A stretch of DNA of 64,000 bases, from assembly GCF_018977255.1 (NCBI RefSeq), contig NW_024704743.1, forward strand, positions 18,912,001 through 18,976,000, read 5' to 3'. Positions 1-10,795 of this stretch are shown here, piece after piece. Within the stretch, counting starts at the first letter, position 1, and each line of letters starts with the position of its first letter. The notes under the pieces were generated by a model, which saw only the letters and a program-made list of their open reading frames with translations, ran no database searches and was not told the DNA's origin. The position numbers were made by a program, and so were the translations under genes. Origin of the DNA: Callorhinchus milii (taxonomy: Eukaryota).

Positions 1-174
1 TCTTCAACTCGGGATTGTGCAAATAATAGGCTGACAGTTTTTCAGTGGAGCTTCATGTAACATTAGGAAAGATTTGAGGGTATTTCTTAACAGATTTCCA
101 AATGAAGAAATCAGTTAAATATACTATGACAAAATTGTTCCTGATCTTACAAAAACATCAACAAATTGAATTTC

Positions 175-710
175 TGTGTCTAAGGTGCTGGACAGTTGAG
201 GGTTTTCACCCAAACTCGGGAATGGATTTGGAAGGGTGGGGGCCAAGGGGGGTGAGGGAGAGAAGTTGACTGAAGGTGCAGTCAAAGAGAAAGCACTTGA
301 GAAAGACCTTGAAGGAGGAGAGGGAAGGGTGAGTCGAAAGGAGACCCCGGGAGGGAGTTCCAGAGGGTGAGACTTATAGGCTAAAAGCCAAATGCAGATG
401 GTGAGATGGGCAGGGCAAGGGACATGAATCAGGCCAATGCCTGCCAAGGAGAGGGAGCAGGCAGGTTGGTAGGGTTTAAGAAGGCTCAGGTGGGGCAAGA
501 CCATGGAGGGTTTTAAAAGTGAGGACAAGGATTTTGAACACAGTCCTCTGGGGGATGAGGATGTAGTGGAGCAGGGTAAGGATGGAGGGTGATAGGCTCA
601 TAGAGCATTGTGCAGGAGAGAACATGAGCTGCAGAGTTCTGTATGGTCTGCAACGTTTGAGGGCAGAGTTTGGATGTCTAGCTAGCAGAGAGTTGGCATA
701 GTCTAGCCTC
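175..710 (-). mobile_element. Old L2 LINE 3' fragment
   Basis: Minus-strand translation includes LLKPSMVLPHLSLLKPYQPACSL and the DNA includes ccttcaaggtctttctc, both similar to the 3' end of the L2 at 34330-34740; degenerate. Confidence 0.7.
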
Positions 711-1416
711 GTCTAGAATTTGAGGAATGTTAGTTTGAAAAGGACACCCTCAATATGTATAAACTTTAATTGAACAGAACATACATTGACATAATTTGGG
801 TTGTGTCATTCCCATTCCCTAATAGCTATAGACATTCGTAAAGCATATGTAACAAGACATTCCATGTACTTCTCTGCCAAAGAAGTAATTAGAAGGTAAT
901 TGAAATTTTGGGAACATTTAAAGGTGTATTTCCTTAAAATACACACAGTACTAAATTCTACAGGATTCTTTTTGACATAAAATACCAACACATTAATAGG
1001 AGTTCAATTCTGCCCCCACCCGCCTTGATTTCACTTGAAATAGACAGGGTTTCAGTAGTCCTACAAAATCCTATGCATTTTGGGTGCATTTCCATCACAC
1101 TCCAATAACTTATGGAAAAGGCTCCTAGGAACAGACTTGTAGTACCAAACACTGCACTGGAGAATACACAGACATAGGAAGAAACATTCAAAAATGTTTT
1201 TGGCAACACTTGCCTATGGTAAGTAGCTGCTAACAGAACTTTTACATATCTCCTAGTCTTAGTCCTTGCATTTGGCCATCTGCAGGATACATTGCCCCAA
1301 TGTTTGGAAGGTGGTGAAGTGTGCGGTGTTGCTGGATACAAATAAGACATCGTCAAGCTTATGTCACTGCAGAGACTGATAGGGAAATAAGATACATGAC
1401 CTGTCAATGGCACTTT

Positions 1417-1727
1417 ATAATAATAATAATCCTTGCATTTGATATAGCGCTTTTCACGTCGGGAGGACGTCCCAAAGCGCTTCACACTGTAAAGTGAATT
1501 GACTATATTTGTGGGCGAACGCGGCAGCCAATTGCGCACAGCAATGTCCCACAAACAGTCGTGGATTGAAAATGACCAATTTATTATTGTTTTTGTTTTG
1601 GAGGGATTATTATTAGGCTCTGTGTGGAGTAAGGAAACTTGCCCAAGGTTTCGCCCTCTGCCTGGAATTGAACTCAGGTCTCTCACTTGTAAAGCGAGTG
1701 CTCTAAACACTGAGCTACAGGACTCCA
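1417..1727 (-). mobile_element. tRNA-derived SINE, family A, young subfamily with internal deletion
   Basis: Reverse complement shows A-box TAGCTCAGTGTTTAGAGC, B-box-like GAGTTCAATTCC, CCTTGGGCAAGTTTCCTTA central block, L2-like stem-loop tail and (ATT)n end; near-identical to 60598-60843. Confidence 0.9.
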
Positions 1728-2559
1728 CAATTTGGCACTCAATCAGCCACTCAGTCCCTGGGGAAAAAACTGTACAGACGCTCTTAAAAATTCTGCAGTA
1801 GAAGGAGCTTCCAAGAGATGACAAAGCAAGAACATGTCCAAAGCCTACATTTGCCAAAGGTTGCTGTGAGGGAGTTAAGGACCTCATAAAGGCAGCATTG
1901 AAGTGAGGTCAGACAGTGCTTATCACTGGACCTCACAATGGGCTCTGCAAAACAAGGTTCTTCCAAAATCTGAGGGGAGACTGAGAGGGAGTCAGCCAAT
2001 TTGCTATCCACCAGTTCATAAAATAGGTGAACATGGAGTTTACCTTAATGCATGTAGTTTATGTTAATATTCCCACGTAAAATAAAAACATTGTTTGAAC
2101 TTCAAAATCCTTTAAACCTTTCAGGGTAAATGCATGGATCCAAATTCCTGGATGAATTTCGATCTAGGGGACCATTGTATTAACATTGGCTTAATGTCCA
2201 GTGTAAATTCTGTAAAGCCCATATAACAAAACATTATTGATATATTACAGTATTATGCAATTGATTCTGATATATTAAGTTGATTATTCAATACCTCTCA
2301 GATTGGAACTAACTATAGCTCAAAGGGTGGCTGAATCTATTGGTAACAAATCATATCTAATGCAAGATCTTTGACAAAAGTCTTCAGTAATCTATTTTGA
2401 TAGCTATTTGTATATTTTACACTTTATCTGGGATTAATGTGAGCTCCAGGCAGTGTTCCTGCTTCTTAGAGTAAGGAGGAGCTTAGCAATAGTAACTGAA
2501 AACATTTGTACTTTGTTTCCACTGCAAATTTATATTTGAAGTAATTAATAAACTCATCC

Positions 2560-2845
2560 ATCCGTCAGGTGAGATGTTAAACAGAGGCACCCTCTGCCTG
2601 TCCATTAATTATCTCATAGCACCATTCAAAAAGAAAAGGGAGTTTCTCCTGGTATCTTGGCCAAGAATCCCCCAAAACAAATTGGTTAATCACTTCATGC
2701 CTGTTTGCGAGTCATTGCTGTGGATGAATTGGCTACCGTGTTTGCTTACAAACACAGTCACTACACTTTAGAGTAAACTTCCATGAAGTGTTATGAGGTG
2801 TCTGAACGACATGATAAGGTGCAACATCACATGCAAAGATTATTA
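2560..2845 (+). mobile_element. Deu-domain SINE (family B), 5'-truncated
   Basis: GAGATGTTAAAC...AAGGGAGTTTCTCCTGG...TTGCTGTG...AATGCAAAGATTATTAT matches the other family-B copies in the window. Confidence 0.7.
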
Positions 2846-5299
2846 TCTCTCACTAAACCTCACAGAATGCAGCTATTTAGTTAGACTTGCTGGACTGTTC
2901 CCAAGTGTAAATATAGAGTTACAAAGGTATTTTGGTACTCTAGGGGAGTGGGGTGGACATTTTTATGTTCTTGGACAAAATGGGTTAGTAAAGATCGACT
3001 GGAGTTTATTTCTAAAGTTGGATAAATAAAGCTCACTCAGGTTGTCACATAATAAAAATGTAATTTACACCCAGCCCATCAAGCTTCACTCAATCTCTAG
3101 TATACTGGCTGCTTACCAGACAGCATGCACAGCCATCTCTTTATGATTCTTAAGTATTACTTATTACTACTATTGGGGTAGGGGAGAGGGGTTTGGGAGG
3201 GGTGGATGCTCCTGTGGAACACAAACACTGGCACACTCCAGTTGGGCTGAATGGTCTGTTCCTTTGTTGTAACTCACAACTCTAACTCTTCTTGTGCTCC
3301 ACCACTCTGCTCAGCTAACTCGGGCCTGCTACATGTCCCCACCACTCCGTGCCAACATCGGTGGCCAAGCCTTCAGTCACCCTGCCTCTCATCTCTGGGA
3401 CTCCCTCTCTTTATCCCTCCCTCGCTACCTCTATATATGTCTTTAAATCCCACCTTAAAACCTACCTCTATGCCCTCTTCTCCCTTACTTTGCATATGTT
3501 CCCAATGTTTTGCCCACAGTCAATCCCCTTTACGATATATTCTGTGAAGCGCTTTGAGACATCTCGAAGATGTGATAAGGCGCTATATCAAATGCAAGGA
3601 TTATTATTATTATTATTATTATTATTATTTGGTTCAATTTCTTGAACAATCTTTCACAATAAAAATAAAAGTAATCCTTGCATTAGATACAGCACTTCTT
3701 ACACCTCAAAGCGCTTCACAGAATATATTGTAACGAATAGTGACTGTGCATTTTGTAGGCGAATGCCCTACATGAGGAGAGTATGATAAGACCACGTGAA
3801 TAATATATTATTGTTCTATTGTTTCCACTCTCCCTGCAATAGAAGTGGGGGCATTGCCTGCCACTGCTGGTGATAGCTATGTTTTTATTCAGGAAAAAAG
3901 ACAGGCTTGTTCTCAGTAAAAGTTAAAATAACTAGATGCCGTTAGGGGGAAGGAGTAACTGGAATCTAGTTGCTGGTACTGTCTCTGACTCGCTTCAGAT
4001 CATTTCCTCACTTACTATGTGGCCAGATACTTGCCTGCTGAGTCACAGGCTCCTTGACCTTTATAGAATGGCATCGTTACTGTAGGATACAGCAATTGAT
4101 GAATAAGTAATTCTCATTGCAGTTTGATACCTTGGGAGCATAAAAGTTTACGTTTTTCAATGCTTCAAAGGAAATGGATGAAATTATAACTTGTGATCTT
4201 GCTCGTGGGCTAGCCTGAGACTTCTGCATACTTCAGTCTCAAACTCTTTTATTGTTTTATGTTTTCATGCTATCTACCCTGATAGCGTTCCAGTCTCCAG
4301 ATATCTCTTTGGCTTAAATGTGTTTCTCTGATTATTTTACTCAAATTGCAATATAAAAAAGCACAGGCATTCTGCACTTAACATCTGTCACTGCGTTAGA
4401 CTCTGGTAGATTCCCTGCTCTGATCTGATGTCTTTTCGCAGATATGTTTTTAGGGGGGGAAAGAAAGAATTCAACCTGCGAATTATCACAAGGACAGAAT
4501 CTTGGTTGGTTTGTATCTTATTCTTGACAAAAGGTTTGGGACTCAACACCACCCTCTCTCGCGCTCTCACTCTCACCCACACACCCAAATACACACCCAC
4601 ACACACCCACATGCCTTCCTCCTCCAAACAGAGCAGAGAAGAGGGAATATATGCGGAAGGTGATTGCTCTTCTTCTAACGCAAGATGTTTCAGTCATTTC
4701 AACTTCCCATGAGTCGTAAACCAATGTCCAAAACTTTCTGAAGCCTAACATCATTAAACTATGAAGGTGGATTTAACTGTAAAATAGGTGGGGGCGCGGG
4801 GTTCAGGGGTTGGGGGGAGTCACTTGAGTTAGTTTAAAGCCTTGGTCAACTTCAACTTATAAGAAAGAAAATTAAGGTGAAGAAGGAATCTTTCTCTGGA
4901 ACTCAACCAAGAATTCTGCCATGTATGCCAAAGCTTTCTTGATGTTGCCTGGAGCATTTCCACTACAGCCTGTGGCTCCTCTAACACTTTGACGGAAAGC
5001 TGTCCATTTTGAACATGGTTGACTGCCCCTGCTAACTGGGAAAGTGACATTTTGCGCCCAAGGCAATGCCACAGGAGTAGGTCAGGGCAAGGTAACATTT
5101 TCAAGCACCGTCGGGCTCACAGACAAGTGGGAGGTGGAGGGGGAAGTTACCAGATCTGGTAAAGTGAAGTAGGTTCCTGGGGGAAAGTTAATACCTACGG
5201 AATCTGAAATTGATCATTTAAGCGATGCTAGGGTACACTCAGATTCGATCCACAAGTCCAGTCTTTGGCAGGAGAGAGGATCTCTACTGGGAGTAATCA

Positions 5300-5585
5300 C
5301 AAAATGAATTAAGATATATCCCAAAGGGCAAACTGAGAGATTAAGAGAACTTGATTTACCCAGTGTGTTGGTAGGACGTGGAATTACTACCTATAACGAT
5401 TATATCGAGGACAGTGGTTGAAGCCAAATTCACGTCAGCTTTTAAGAGGGAATTATAACATTATCTGAAAAGGACAAATGGATTTGGGGAAAAGGCAAGA
5501 GAATAAGAGCTAAATGGCTAGTCAGTATAGGCACAATGGGTCGACACAGCTTCCTTCTATGTTGTAAATTTCCATGGTTCTATAG
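5300..5585 (+). mobile_element. CR1 LINE 3' fragment
   Basis: GTGGTTGAAGCC...TTTAAGAGGGAATT...GGCACAATGGGTCGA...CTTCCTTCTATGTTGTAAATTTCCATGGTTCTAT resembles a CR1 3' end. Confidence 0.6.
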
Positions 5586-5727
5586 ATTTATACTACGTAA
5601 GTATAATATTCATTTTGGAAGTTAATCTACTCTTGCCCTTTAGATTTTAATATATCATTATTTAGATGTTTCCAAGTCCTCTTTTCCAACTGATCACACC
5701 TTTTCATTAGAGATGCTCTTTGCGATA

Positions 5728-5801
5728 GTTACTATGGAAACGGGCCCTTTTCCTTCACTCTGAACCTGTTGCCATGGTGCCCTGAGCGTTGCTGTGGATG
5801 G
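5728..5801. promoter_or_regulatory. Cluster of three RFX X-box-like motifs
   Basis: GTTACTATGGAAAC (5728-5741), GTTGCCATGGTGCC (5768-5781) and GTTGCTGTGGATGG (5788-5801) compared with the consensus GTTNCCATGGNAAC; lies in non-repeat sequence. Confidence 0.5.
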
Positions 5802-6096
5802 AAAGAGTACTAAGTGCTCTTAGTTTGCAGATGAGAAGCTGCGTGATCGGACATATTGATTCCAGCCTACCTGACAAGCTTCAGTACAACACTGGCACTC
5901 TAATTGGCACAGTTTGCCTCCCACAGTTTGAAAAAAACAGGTGGGCTCTGAATAATTGTGAAATGTTGTAAGGTATTGTATTTGGAAGAGGATTTAAACA
6001 GAAAATTCCACTGTTGAATAACACACTGAAGCATACGTTATGGAAAGAGTGGGGGAGTAATAATAATAGTAAAACAAGAATAATCCTTGCATTTGA

Positions 6097-6492
6097 AATA
6101 ATAATAATAATAAATAATAATAATAATCCTTGCATTTGGTATAGCTCCTTATCACGTCGAGACATCTCAAAGTGCTGCACAGGATATACTGTAAAGTGTA
6201 GTGACAGTGCACTTTATGTGTAAAATGCAGCAGCCAATTGCATACAGCAGTATCTCACAAACAGTCGTGGAGTGAGTGACCACATTATTAGGTTTATTTT
6301 GTTATTAGCCCTGGAAAGAGATCCACCAATCTACTAACAACCGGTTCCTACTTACTGCGAAGTAAACAGAGGCATGTGGAGGAAGGAAATTTGCTAAGGT
6401 TGTGCCCCGCCCGGGAATTGAACCCGGGTCTTGAACCTGGGTCCTCTCACTTGCGAGGTGAGTGCACTAACAACTCCCCTACGGTACTCCAC
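6097..6492 (-). mobile_element. SINE family A
   Basis: tRNA-like head at 6410-6490, central block and (ATT)n tail on the minus strand. Confidence 0.85.
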
Positions 6493-8709
6493 ATATAGTG
6501 CCTTATCAAGACGTCTCAAAGCACTTCACAGGATCACTAGAATTGTGTATTGGAATAGTGTATTCTTGGAGTTAGGAAATTGTAGCACACAAGTTTTTTT
6601 TGCAATGCTAATGTTACATGTTTATTCTCTGTATTTGCAAACAAGCGCGTGTTGCTCTCTTCTGCAGTCCATTCACGCTGAGGTGATGCTGAAATTTATT
6701 TTATTTTAAAATATTCTGAAGTGCCTTGTAATGGGTAAATGTGAAATAACTGTCTTATGCAGTATTTCATTCCTGAGGGTGAACTCCTAAATCACAAGCA
6801 ATTCACTCGTGAATTGTGTATGTGATGCCCATCAGTAACACAGAAGTAGACAGTTCACTTCAGGACACTGAATTTTCTCTTCGTATTAGAACGCAGTGAG
6901 TGATATCTGTTACCAGCACAACGGTTCTGCACACTCCAGCAGCAGTACCAGACAATGCCAATAACGTTTCCTGATACCAAGCTGTTCTGGAGTATAGGCA
7001 CCCAAGGGAGTCATCCTATGGTACACTCCAGTAATCTACACACGAGTGAGGATTGAGATGCATGAGGGGACCTGAAGTAATTGGTCCTCACAGCAAGAAA
7101 AAATACACAATGATACCTCCTGCAACACATAGAACATATCTTATTATTTTGTATTAAATGTGGACTTATTAGTACTTTTTAAAAATCACTTCAACCCCAC
7201 CCCCACTTGCCATTACTGTTCTCAGTCAAGCTGTTCTGTATAGTTGCATAGCACTTGCAAATCCTTATTGTTGACTTTGAATAAACTGGCTTGGTATTGC
7301 ATCACTTTTATGAAAATCATTCCCTGCCTATTATCTAATAGAATGTAGAGCAAATTTGCATTCAGTCAGAAAAATAGCAACAGCATAATTGTGCATCACG
7401 CCATCACGTGTAACTGGAATGCAGTAACCGGAAGTAAATCGTGAGCTCTGTGACAAGAGCTCTGCTACGATGTAATCTACCTCCAGATTAGAGTTGACAG
7501 GAATTCCAACATAATTCCTTATTTAGGAATGTCATTAAGCAGACCGCAAATTAGATCCTTTGTTTCTGATGAAAGCAATATATGGGTACAATGGACCAAA
7601 TAGCCTCCTTCTATGTTGTAAAAGTCTAAAAGTACTGGCCTGAAATTCCACCCGTAAAACCATTTTGCTTTAAAATTGAAGATTATTCAGAATCCTGCGA
7701 TATTCTTAAATTTAGTCTTAATTTGGAAGCCAGTTCTTTCCTTAAAAAAAACTCCAGAATACTGCGTTGCAAATTGAAGTCTGAATTTAAGAATTCTCTC
7801 CTATTCTACACAATCTTAAATTTTAATAATAATAATCCAAAGCACTTCATAGACTATATTGTAAAGTGAATATATATTTTGTGGGTGAAATACGGCAGCC
7901 AATTGCGCTCAAAAATGTCCCACAGTTGTGGATTGAGTGACCAAATTAAGACAAAAGAGACATTCAGACTAAGAATAGTTGCATCCTCAGTTCTTATGAT
8001 TTCTAAGATGATAAGATACCCAGTTATTTGTCACAGAAATTATTTCCTTTCAGACTGTTGGCAGTTTCATACTGCAGAAGCTATTGTGAAGTCATTATCT
8101 CACTTGATCTTGCTTAATTTAATAATAATTAATCTGAATTTGTCTTGACACCACAATTTAGCGTTGCTAGAAGCATAAAGGGAGGTTCAAAGAATTTGTT
8201 TTCACACAAAGCATTACTGGGACATGGAATGTGTTACCACAAGTAACTATTGAGGCTGAGTCAATTACAACATTAAATGAGATGAACATTTGAAGAATTA
8301 AGTTATAAAGGGATATGTGGAAGGGCAGCCATAGAATTAGAGTGCATAGCTCCACAGGGGAACATTGAGCAACACAAATATGATGGACCAAGTAGCATGT
8401 TTCTTTGCTGAAATTGCCTAGCTTCAGTGTATAAATGTGCTTTATTAGCCTTGTTTTAATAGCCTTGTTCCAGCTAGGTTGTGCAACACATCATATTAGT
8501 AAACATTTCTAAATTCTTTTATGCCTAATTCAATTAACCATATTGCAGTTTTGGCAGAGACTGGGCAAATTCTCAACACTTACTGTAAACTGTAATCTCT
8601 CTGTCTGTTCAGGTGGATATCAAAGATTCCACAGAACTATTCAAAAAGAGAAAGGAGTTTCTCTCAGTATCCTGGACAACAGACCCCAAATAAAATCAGT
8701 TATATAATA

Positions 8710-9063
8710 TATAATAATAATCCTTGGATTTGATAGAGCGCCTTATCACGTCTCGATTCACAGAATATAATGTAAAGTGATTTGACTGTGTATTTTGTGG
8801 GCGAAATGCAGCCGCCAATTGCACACAGCAGTGTCCCACAAACAGTTATGGATTGAGTGACCAAATTATTATTATTTTTGAAAGAATTATTACCCCCGAT
8901 AAAGCGATCCGCCAATCGACTAACAACCGGATTTCTACTTACTGCTAGGTAAACAAAAGTGTGTGGAATAAGGAAATGCGCCCAACATTTCACCCTATTG
9001 GGAATCGAACCCAGGTCTCTTGCTTGCGAGGCGAGTGTCCTAACCACTGAGCTACAGGACTCT
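8710..9063 (-). mobile_element. SINE family A, full length, inserted into a family-B SINE
   Basis: Complete head (TAGCTCAGTGGTTAGGAC...GGTTCGATTCC), body and tail; flanks 8600-8700 and 9085-9240 are collinear halves of a plus-strand Deu SINE. Confidence 0.9.
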
Positions 9064-9414
9064 ACAAATTGTTTAGTTATTTAGTTCATAGTTGTTTGTG
9101 GGACATTACTGTGCATAAATTGGCATTTGTGGTGTTCGCCCACAAAATACACACTCATGACACTTTACTGTATATCCTGTAAAGTGCTTTGAGATATACA
9201 CCCAACATGAATGGACTTATATCAAATGTTAGCATAATTGTTATGATTATTATGGGCAGTTGTGCAAAAAGACGGTCCTTCTTTTCTGCTGCCATCTAAA
9301 GGTACACCCAGAAAAAAGCAGATACAGCATGTTTTCTACATTCTCTAATGCAGTTGGATGCTACACCATATAGTACATAATCAGGTGAAGGAACCAAGAA
9401 CACAAAAAAATGTC

Positions 9415-9640
9415 ATTTATATAGCCCCATTCATGTCAGGAGACTGTCCCAAGGCACTGGACAGTTGAGAGTTTGCACCTGAGCTGGGGATGTGATTTGG
9501 GCAGGCCAAGGAGGGTGGCAAGTGACCAAAAATATGGTCAGAGAGGAAGGTCTTCAGATACACCTTGAAACAGGAGAGGGATGGGATGAGACAAAAGGAA
9601 TCCAAGGTGGAGTTCCAGAGAGGGGGTCAGGCAATTCCCT
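9415..9640 (-). mobile_element. Old L2 3' fragment
   Basis: Translation SCFKVYLKTFLSD...SQLSSALG plus a tail similar to the L2 at 34550-34760. Confidence 0.75.
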
Positions 9641-10424
9641 AAGGAAGGAGAGGCAGATCTGAGACAAGTTGGACAGATACTTTTGTGCAGCTGCTCGCAC
9701 ATGGGTTTTAAGCAGAGGTTTGGGAGAAAGCCACAGGTAAACCAGGAATATTGTGTGACAGAGGTGACACAGCAAAGGAAACAATAATTAAACCAAACTC
9801 TAAAGGAAGCCACTTCTGTGTAGTTGAAGCAGGAGAAATAATTTTGCTCTGTTCTATGGAAAAAATACCGTTTACAAACTGAAGGGATACAACAAAAGCA
9901 GTACTGAAATCTCTTGACCAGCAATCAGCTGCATTGGCTCATCAATTACAGGATTAATACTGAAATCGGTAACTTTACTAACGATTTTCTAAATTAATCA
10001 TACAAACTTTACAGCAAAAAAGGAGGCCATTCGCCCATTGTGCCGGTCTAGGGCTAGCTCCCCCACTGATATTCCCCATTGTGATCCCACATCCTTGCTC
10101 CTTCACCTTATAACAACAATGTTCACATATATAGCGCCTTTCATGTAGAGTTATGTTCTAAAACGCTCCATAGAGACAAAGTGGAAACCCAGGCAAGATG
10201 AGAAGTAGGAGAGTAGAAGGGAATTGATGAAGGCATGGTTGAGAAGATAGAAGGGTTTTAAAAACAGAGAAAGTTTTCATGTAACCTTCATCTATTACTG
10301 AACTGCATTCTTTGAAATTCCCTTTGATAAAGTAAAACTTTGCTGACATTATTTCTTCTGATTAAGTATTAGCTTCCATGAGATTAGGTATTAGCAATGA
10401 ACAATGTTAGAGAAATACTTCAGA

Positions 10425-10795
10425 AATATCTTCGGCTGGCAGCTAACCAGTAATTGCATTAGGCCTGTTCCTTTAGATGAACAAAACTGTGCCAGTCAGC
10501 CTTGCTTTAGTGAATGCTTCTTACATTCAGAACTGATTTTCAGCAGCTCTTTCGGGACTGTAGACCAACTCTTCCGCTGCTTTATTTAATGCCAGATGGT
10601 GAGGTGTGACCTTGGCGTGTCTAATTCCATTTCTCTTCCCAAAGTACTCAAACTCAGTTGAGGTGAATAGTGGCCCATTATCAAAAACGACTTCTGGCAA
10701 TCCATAGACTGCAAACAGCTGGTTACGTAAATCTACCGAATGAAATGCAGTCATGCTACACAAATAATGAACTTCAAACCATTTAGAATGACTGG
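10425..10795 (-). mobile_element. Gypsy/Ty3 LTR retrotransposon integrase relic
   Basis: Minus-strand HSKWFEVH...LFAVYGLPEVVFDNGPLFTSTEFEYFGKRNGIRHAKVTPHH matches the rve integrase core (GLPE..SDNGP.F.S.EF...NGI.H....PYHP); frameshifts and stops present, no LTRs seen. Confidence 0.85.

Noticed and set aside
958..1887. 309-aa minus-strand ORF
   Set aside because: Runs through a SINE; the same peptide pieces recur in other SINE-derived ORFs and I recognise no domain.
1800..1960. Possible RTE-type LINE relic (KDLIKAALK-like peptide)
   Set aside because: Too short and degenerate to support without a profile search.
8990..9063. tRNA-like sequences (also near 1660-1727, 16020-16092, 23668-23722, 59720-59790)
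   Set aside because: SINE heads attached to SINE bodies; no proper acceptor stem, so not tRNA genes.
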